A stretch of 64,000 bases of DNA from Octopus vulgaris (taxonomy: Eukaryota), in NCBI GenBank assembly GCA_951406725.2, contig OX597823.1, forward strand, positions 88,846,001 to 88,910,000, in the 5' to 3' direction. The notes under the pieces are model-generated. The model worked only from the letters and a program-made list of their open reading frames with translations, had not been told where the DNA came from and made no database searches. Every line of letters starts with the position of its first letter. Within the stretch, counting starts at the first letter, position 1. The position numbers and the translations under genes are program-made. This document shows positions 55,968 to 64,000 of this stretch, in pieces.

Positions 55968-56500
55968 GGTACTTTATTTTATCGACCCCAAAAGTATGAG
56001 AGGCAAAGTCGACCTCAGTGGGACTTTTAAATCTGGACGTAAAGAACTGAAATAAATACCGTAAAGCATTTTCTCCAGTGTTCCCGCTCACTGCCTTCTC
56101 CCCATGCTGTTTCAGAAATAAAAATATTAATGTTTCTGACGTCAACAAAACAAGCTTAGTTGATGGAATATTATTTGAATAGGAATTTAAAGATCATTTA
56201 GGGAATAAATACAACAAATAAAATTAAATGTAGAGAGAAGAAAAACAACGCTGTTTTAATGAAATGACAATGGTTTTATGCTTGATCACGAATAAAATAT
56301 TAAGAAAAGCATATTTTATGTCACTCCCTGAGCGACACTGCTCTTAACTGATATTTGTGAGGCAATCAATTTCAATCGATATTTATTCAACACACGCAAA
56401 TGTGATAAACTGAGCTAATTGCTTCATCTTCTTAATCAGTTGATATTCATCTACCGATAAACACACAGCTGCGGAGCGGTGTGACACAGAGCACTGAGGC

Positions 56501-56952
56501 GGCAGGCGTGGCTATATGGTAAGAAGCTTGCTTCCCCACCACATAGTTCCGTGTTCAGTCCCACTGTCTGGCATCTTGGGCAGGTGTCTTCTACTATAGC
56601 CTCATGCAGATCGAAGCCTTGTGTGTTGATGTGGTAGACGGACACTAAAAGAAGCCTGTCGTATATATGTATGCATGTATGTATGTATATATAAACACAC
56701 GCACAAACGCGCATGCGCACCACACAATCACACACACACACAGACACGCATATATATATGCATATGTATATATTTATGTGTGCGTTTCTTTGTCTCTGTC
56801 AATTCTTCACAACCGTGTTGATATATTTATGTCCCCGTAACTTAGCAGTTCGCCAAAATAAACCAATAGATTAAAAGTACCAGGATTTTAAAAAGTAAGT
56901 ATTGGGGTGGCCCATCATGGCCGCAGTCTGGTGACTGAAACAAGTAAAAGAC
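56501..56952 (+). mobile_element. CORE-like tRNA SINE
   Basis: gcaggcgtggctatatggtaagaagcttgc..gttcagtcccactg..tcttgggcaggtgtcttctactatagcc..gactgaaacaagtaaaag. Confidence 0.85.
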
Positions 56953-57615
56953 AAAATATAAAAGAAATCATCTCTTATTCGTCTCTTAACATTCCATATC
57001 AAATGTGTCAATCGGTGTTTGTATGCTATGTCGGGGTGCAGATATCAAGGTGTTAAATGGCTCACTGCTCGATCTAATCAGAAAGTTTATATTGAGTTGC
57101 TGCACTTGCTAGAAATAGCAACTAAATAAACTTCACATCACACGCTGCCCTCTTAGACATGTGAAGGAAATTTCGTATTAGGTACTTGTACATTCACGTA
57201 CAATGACAAGATAGTCAAATATGAAGCAACTTTTAAAACAAAGCTGCCAGATGAGGGTTGCCGTGGTGCTTAATGGCAACAACAGCAGGAACAACGGCGG
57301 CAACAAGAACAACATCAGCTCTAATAATAGGATTCTGTTGTATAACACAGAAAATTTATGAAATGTCTGTTTCGACGGGAATAAATGAAAAGGATCCCAA
57401 GTTCCACATTTATCATCCCGAAGTCAACGACAATAATTATTGTCATAATAAGTCAATTAATGAAGTAAGAGTATTCTATTTTCAACCATATCTAACAAGA
57501 AGAAAAAGCTTGTATTTTCATTAAACTCTTTACTGAATAATAAACTTTAACTAAATTTGCACTTTTCTTTCGACAGCTCGCAAAGCAGCCGGAACGAAGG
57601 TAAACGTTGATTTCA

Positions 57616-57840
57616 GGCGGCGAGCTGGCAGAAACGTTGGCACACCGGGCGAAATGCGCAGCCGTATTTCGTATGCCGTTACGTTCTGAGTTCAAATTCC
57701 GCCGAGGTCGACTTTGCCTTTCATCCTTTCGGGATCGATAAATTAAGTACCAGTTACGCACAGGGGTCGATGTAATCGACTTAATCCGTTTGTCTGTCCT
57801 CCCTGTGTTTAGCCTCTTGTAAGTAGTAAAGAAATAGAAG
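57616..57840 (+). mobile_element. young Meta-like SINE
   Basis: Full length; TSD aggtaaac(g/a)ttgattt. Confidence 0.92.
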
Positions 57841-57854
57841 TAGGTAAACATTGA

Positions 57855-58040
57855 TTTGCAATTTTGGCAATTTTGTGGGTGGGAGTAAGTCGATTACACC
57901 GACCCCAGTGTTCAGCGGGTTCTTATTTATAAGATCCCGAAAGGATGAAAGGTAAAGTTGATCTTAGTTGAATTTGAATTCAGAACATAAAGATGCTAAG
58001 CATCTTGCCTGGCGTGCTAATGATTCTGCCAGCTCGCCAT
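57855..58040 (-). mobile_element. older Meta-like SINE, tail-to-tail with the previous copy
   Basis: taagtcgattaca.cgaccccagtg..cccgaaaggatgaaagg..gattctgccagctcgcc. Confidence 0.85.
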
Positions 58041-58544
58041 TTTTCCGAAGCTTAATATTGAGCAATAAATGAACATATTGACATTGAAGTAATGCTCCTC
58101 AGCGTGGGCGATACTATCCTGTGTCGGCATTGCAACGTTTTATATGGTGATTGAGAATAATGTGGGAGTAGAAGCGATAGATTCATTAACGTATTCATCG
58201 CCTTTAACTGCCCCATTAGCCTTTGGTTCTTATTAATTTTAAAGTAAGTTCCATATAATGTGATAAACGACTCGGTGACAACAATGAGATTAATAATGTT
58301 AACAAAAACGATGGTATTATTCGAAAAGGGTGGTAGAGGGCGATAGATTCAACCCCATAAGACTTAGATTACTATATAAATATTAATTCTGTAGAAAATT
58401 TAAAATGTAATGTAATGAAAAACCGCTTATCGGTGGCAATCACAAATTAAAATAAAAATACAAATAAGCATCATCGATAAATTACACTTCTAAATATACA
58501 TGGTTTTACGAAGTAATGGAATGCATTAGATGGTATATATATAC

Positions 58545-58643
58545 ATAATTTACAAAATAAGGGCAAAAGAAAAAATTCTAATGCCAAATATGCCGAATAT
58601 TTGGCATTAGAATTTTTTCTTTTGCCCTTATTTTGTAAATTAT
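58545..58643. repeat. perfect 47-bp inverted repeat with 5-nt loop
   Basis: 58545-58591 is the exact reverse complement of 58597-58643; loop gccga. Confidence 0.97.
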
Positions 58644-58728
58644 TTATAAATTTAACCTTTAAAGGCATCTTTTGATATGCTGGCCATCGATAAAATTTTT
58701 TCTCGAAAGAAATTTTATCCTACATTAG

Positions 58729-58789
<61 letters not shown>

Positions 58790-58793
58790 CATA

Positions 58794-59171
58794 CACTTGC
58801 GTCAGAAATTAATTAGCACTTCTCAAATTTCTACATTAAATAGGTTAAATCAATTAACCTATGAGCTGTTCAAAACGTCTTACGCGATGAGAAAACTTAG
58901 TATGGTGTGATTTCGGTCCTTGCGAGGCGCTACCTATATCTATTAAACAAAGGAATGTGTCTGCATCCGCACTCCAAGTTGTTGTTGCACTGCTATGTCA
59001 ACATCATAAGCCTGTAGACTCTCAAACTGCTCTACAAACAAAGTTACGTCATTGTTCCGCGCAACAGTGAACTCGCAACAAAGCAATAGTTCAAGATATG
59101 GCCACTAGGTGACAGCACATACCTTGAGTGAAGAGCAAATCAAGGGTGCTAATTAATTTCTGACGGTAGTG
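58794..59171. mobile_element. 378-bp Tc1/mariner-type MITE
   Basis: 26-bp TIRs cact(tg/ac)cgtcagaaattaattagcac (inner 20 bp perfect), with TA on both sides. Confidence 0.88.
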
Positions 59172-59178
59172 TACATAC

Positions 59179-59235
<57 letters not shown>

Positions 59236-61627
59236 CCACCGTCTTACATTTTATGAAGATATTCAGGTGTGATCTGAAAGTGATCAAGCTGGTTTATGCC
59301 GATCGTTTGATTCACCGTTTAGATCCTGTTTGCCTTATGATATAATCTCTTGATTTTATTGGTGAATCTATTCGCCTTGGTTTTTCCTAGCTGCTTTACA
59401 TCACGTAAAAATTTATATTTATCTCACTCTGAGTTTGAACAGTAATCATAAGTATAGTATTTCTCCAATGGGAAAATTATATCTCATGACACCAGGTAAA
59501 ACTAAGCACGACACGACGGTGACGAGATCGCGAAGCAAACGAATGTACCTCTTTATAGTTAAACAAGAGTCTAGAAAGCACCACCAAATCGCCTTAAAAA
59601 AAGACACTGTACCCTTAGCATTATGTCTTTAAAATGATCCTCATCACAGCCTTATGCAATCAATTATGATTTGGAGTTAAACTCTAATACAAAAGAAATA
59701 CTTGTAATTATATACTGACCGAACAGTATATTATTCCGATTTAAACCCCTTTATGGGAACCAATTGATGATAAAGGGCGTGAGACGAACACTACAGTTTG
59801 AATGAACGACCTTTATCTTTTTTCCCAAGTGTGTATACAAAACATTAGGACTTCATAGTTGAATGTAATCCTTCCTTCTCTGAAAAACAAATGCTGATAA
59901 TCTGTATACTAGTAAACGTTTGCAATAATATCAATGTACAAATTTCCTATTTTAATGAATTGCCATTACTTATTTATGGCAGATAAAAGATGAAATTCCT
60001 TGTGGTGTTGTATAACATCGTAACAGATTTAATAATATATTTCTCTACATAGAATGTTTAGCCATTGTGTCTATTAACATCGTTTACGCGAAGAGATATT
60101 AGGTTTTCAATTCTTCAGATTTTCATATCTGACACTAGACTTCCTACTAGATCTTGCAATTTCATGGTTGTAGTTGTATGGAGTGGTTTAACATTAGGTC
60201 AGCCTTTATTGGATAGGCTATGACCAAAGGCCTTGGCAATCCATAAGTTATCGAGGCGTGCATTATCTAATAGTTTGAAAGATAACAGGGTGTGATTTGA
60301 CGGACAATTGTCTATTATTTCTAGACGGTTGAGCGAGTACATAAGGGGTTTCATTCATTGGCTAGAATTATAATGATAATTAGGATTCCTTCATATCATT
60401 AAAATGGTGTTTTCGTTTTTGTGGCAAATACCACTTCAAAAAGAATTGCGCGTGCGCGGTTAAAACTGCCTCAACAAACGAGAAAGTTCAGAGAGAAAAC
60501 ACGGACATTATGATTTACTGTAAGTTTACCGATATATAGAAAAAAAATGACACACGGAAAGAGTTCACATGTGGCGCTGCATTTGGCTCTCCTTTCTCTG
60601 GTGTTGATAAAACAACCAGCATCCTAGTAAACACCTGAAACTCATGCCTGGAGTGAGAGCAATTTCATTTAGTGTTTTGCTTGTTTTTATTTCTGTTGTT
60701 GCTTAACCTAAATCAGGCGAAGGCAACTGAGCTGTAAAGTTTTACAGCTATCTTTTCTCATTCCTTCCCTTCAGCATTATATATCAATAAGTACATTATC
60801 CGATATTTCCCTCCATTTATAAGACAGCGGGGTGTAATTTTCTATGAAATTGGTTGGTACTTCAAACATGTTGATCGACTGCAAACACTCGCACTCGCTG
60901 GATTATTTATGTACCTTGCTTAATGCTGAATAATTATAAAATAAATACTTGACGCCGTTGAATTATATTTAAGTGGTTGGAAGATTAGCGGAATTAAAAT
61001 TCAAACATGTTGAGAATAAATATTAAAAAAAATATCACAAACACGTAACTCAAACACACAATGAACATAAACACATACACACACTGGCTCGTAAATTACG
61101 GGGTTCTTTGCTTTGTTTTTTTTTTTAAATCATATTTTCAAATATGATTACAATGGTTGATTGTTTCCTCATGAATAAAATATTGTGAAAATGGTGATGA
61201 AGAAGTAACATAATCATCTGATAAAATATGGACAGGAGAACTATTTTATGTGAACCAGAACATATGTGACCTTGCTGTTGAGTGATTTCAAATATGAACT
61301 AAGCCCTGTTTGCATACACAAAGCACGAGCCAACAAGGACACCTCTATGAACTTGATCGACTTGATAGTTAGAGGAGCTAAATATTTTGCAAAGCTTATT
61401 GTTTTTCAAAGCACATTCTATTGTCTCAAAACTGAAGGGTGCATTTTCTAATTACATCAAGATGTAATGTTTGCAAAAGTCAAGCCTGGAATGCATCGGA
61501 TCGGTGGCGTTACACGTTCTAAATAGTACTCGGCGTTAAACATCATACACAACAGCAACAATAATAATAATTTGTTCTATGAAAATCGTATTATCATTGA
61601 TAATATCACTCTATGTTCTTCCCTCTT

Positions 61628-61765
61628 TACGCTCTGTGTTTAAATTCCACCGACGTCGAATTTGCCATTCATCATTTCGTGGTCGATAAAATAAATACCA
61701 TTTGAGTAATCGACTTACCTCCACCCTCGGACTAGCTGGTTTTATTCTAAAATATGAAAACAGTA
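61628..61765 (+). mobile_element. degenerate Meta-like SINE
   Basis: aaattcc.ccga.gtcga.tttgcc.ttcatc.tttcg.ggtcgataaa. Confidence 0.7.
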
Positions 61766-61814
61766 TTATCAGTCTATGTAAGGTGGTGAACTGACAGAAT
61801 CGTTGGTATTTTTT

Positions 61815-62070
61815 TGCGGAGGGTATTCTCTATGTTGCATGTCTCGTTTCTCTGTTTGTTTGTTTCGTTGTTCGAAAAAAGTTCGTTTCTATGTTTTTTT
61901 ATTTTTGTGTTTTCGTTTCTCATTGTGTTCAACGTTTGTTTGTTTTTGTTTTTTTATGTCCTGTACCCATATATGCATGTATATATACATATATGTGAAG
62001 GTATGTACATATATGTATGTATATATGCGTATATTTATATATTATTTATATTTTTATATGATTGAACACC
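61815..62070 (+). mobile_element. second copy of the 12.3-12.7 kb repeat
   Basis: See the 12300-12705 entry. Confidence 0.6.
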
Positions 62071-62694
62071 ACGCATTCTTTTCCAAGTAAGTTTTATCTT
62101 AATTATATACTATCCCATTCCTGTCTATCTTTCTCCGTCTCTTGTTCTTCATCTTTTCTGGTTTTCTGTCCCACCCTTCCCTATTATTCCTCTCCTCTTC
62201 ACCGTTCCCTCTCTCTCACTCCTCCTCCTCGACTCTCTCGTCGCTGACGCGTGATGAAAGAGAATCTATATTTCTGCCCATTACCTTTCTAAAGACAACA
62301 CGTGCTTAGACTGTCTCCTCTCATTAGCTCATCTTAAACCGAAGAGTTTAAAGTACCAGCAATGATAAGGCTGTTGACTGGGAGAGCACAAACCTGGTTT
62401 AAACAGTAAGCTTGGCAGGAAAGAAACGTGCCTTTAAGCAGTACAAAAACAACAAAAAATGAAAGGTGCAGTTATGTACAGGTTGACGGAAGAAAAGCAG
62501 AAAGAAAACGGTTTTATTGATCTCTTTCTCACCTGGAATAGATTTTTGTAATTTTTTGACGACTTATACACGCCCTGATACCGTCGGTATCGACATATCA
62601 ACTTTGAGCGCAATCAGATGGAGGATGTCCGAGATCCGAGAAGACACACACACACCACACACACAGAACAGATTTTATATAATAGATAAAGGGA

Positions 62695-63230
62695 GTTGTT
62701 CGGGCAAAATTTGACAGTTTGCAGAAAAAGAAAACGAAATCACAATCACAAATCGAAACATTAAATATTCTACAAAAGTCAAAAGGTATCACGCATATTA
62801 TGGCTGGGAGATAACAGTTTACTATTAGCAGCTTCCACAACCGCCTCAAAGCTGCTCCGGAACCGGATGCATGCATCTGTCACTGTGTCCCTAGAAAGAT
62901 CCTCGAACACCATCTTCATATTGACCACCGGCTCAGCCTTGGTGTTGAGGCAACTCCCTTAGTGCCCTCAACTTTACCCCACATTTAGTAATACGCGGAA
63001 ATTCCATCGTTAGATTTAGGAGGTCAGTGATGTAGAAATTCTTCGACAACAAATTCTGGCTCTTTCTGGATGTATGGCAAGGATCCAAATCCACTGCCAA
63101 ATATATGGCCTTCTAGTATCGACTCTCTGCAAACAGGGATTGACGACAATCTCCAGTAGCTTCAGATAGACATTTGAATTGAGTCTAAGGCACTGTCCAA
63201 CGATATGGGATGAATTCGGCGTGTGGTCGC
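62695..63230 (-). mobile_element. maT/DD37D-like Tc1-mariner transposase 3' relic
   Basis: Minus strand: LRLNSNVYLKLLEIVVNP..RRPYIWQ..PCHTSRKSQ..*PPKS..VFEDLSRDTVTDACIRFRSSFEAVVEA. Confidence 0.75.
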
Positions 63231-63619
63231 AGTCAGAATACCTGCTGCACCTCTTTCTGCAGCTACGGACTCATTGTGTCCGCTGCAGTTGTCCACTTCA
63301 CTTCTTCCAGAGTTTATAGTTTTCAGTGCATTGAGCAGAAGTCATGATGTCGTATTTTAATACCAGGCGCGAATCAACATAATACATGAAATATTTTTCT
63401 TGCTTTCAGATAGCTTCCTATCCTACATGTCAGCTAATATTTTCTCAACAACTTTCATCTGTATGCTTTCCAACAGCGTTGGATGTTCACAAATACATCG
63501 ATTTGTTCTCGAAAACAAAAGTAAGAGACAAAATCGTAAAATTTATACCAAACAACCTTTATATTTAAAACATATGTGTGTGTATGTATACGTGTGTGTG
63601 TGTGTACGTATTTATTTAT

Positions 63620-63790
63620 ATATACGACTGGATTCTTTCAGTTTGCGCCTATCAAATTTACTCTCAAGGCTTTGGTCAGCTCGGAGCTCTACTAGGAGGC
63701 ACTTGCCCAATATGCCAATCAGCGGTGCTGAAACCAGAACCATGTGGTTAGCAAACAAACATCCTACCACACATGGAAAACCTCCTACCA
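63620..63790 (-). mobile_element. degenerate CORE-like SINE head
   Basis: ttctttcagttt..caaggctttggtc..cacttgcccaa..ctgaa..accatgtggtt. Confidence 0.7.
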
Positions 63791-64000
63791 CATGTATATA
63801 TTATATCTATAATTATACATTCATATATATGACTCCATATAAATATAAATTCTTTAATCAAACCAGATTGATGGACTACTAAGGGGTGTCGAGTTATGAA
63901 CGTTGAATCATTTACCATTACGAAGCTGATCGGATCTGTTTATAATCTTGCTTATATTTTAATAAATAGCCTTCACTATTACACTTTAGTACCATACAAA

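Overview
AT-rich, microsatellite-dense eukaryotic DNA with no host exon I can support, so probably intergenic or intronic. The SINE families resemble those of octopus; the species assignment is inference. Most ORFs in the supplied track are microsatellite artefacts. The real content is transposable elements: a 5'-truncated Neptune-type Penelope-like element (PLE; RT + GIY-YIG, 46.8-49.2 kb), a second PLE fragment (39.8-41.75 kb), Dong/R4-like, RTE and CR1-like LINE relics, Chapaev-like, mariner, maT and Tc1-type DNA transposon relics and MITEs, and many tRNA-derived SINEs. The most interesting signal is a set of small non-coding elements inserted in (TA)n tracts that carry minimal type I hammerhead ribozyme (HHR) folds with an unusually long stem II (54-68 nt). 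The best case is a near-identical ~490-bp tandem array (2.6 units, 13125-14467) with two intact HHRs on the minus strand and an inverted tag at its 5' end, i.e. a retrozyme-like or PLE-parasite structure. Related HHR folds lie at 8.3, 25.7, 49.1 and 52.3-52.5 kb. These elements share a loosely similar 3' end with the Neptune element, which is a candidate helper. All folds were paired by eye; no cleavage activity has been shown.
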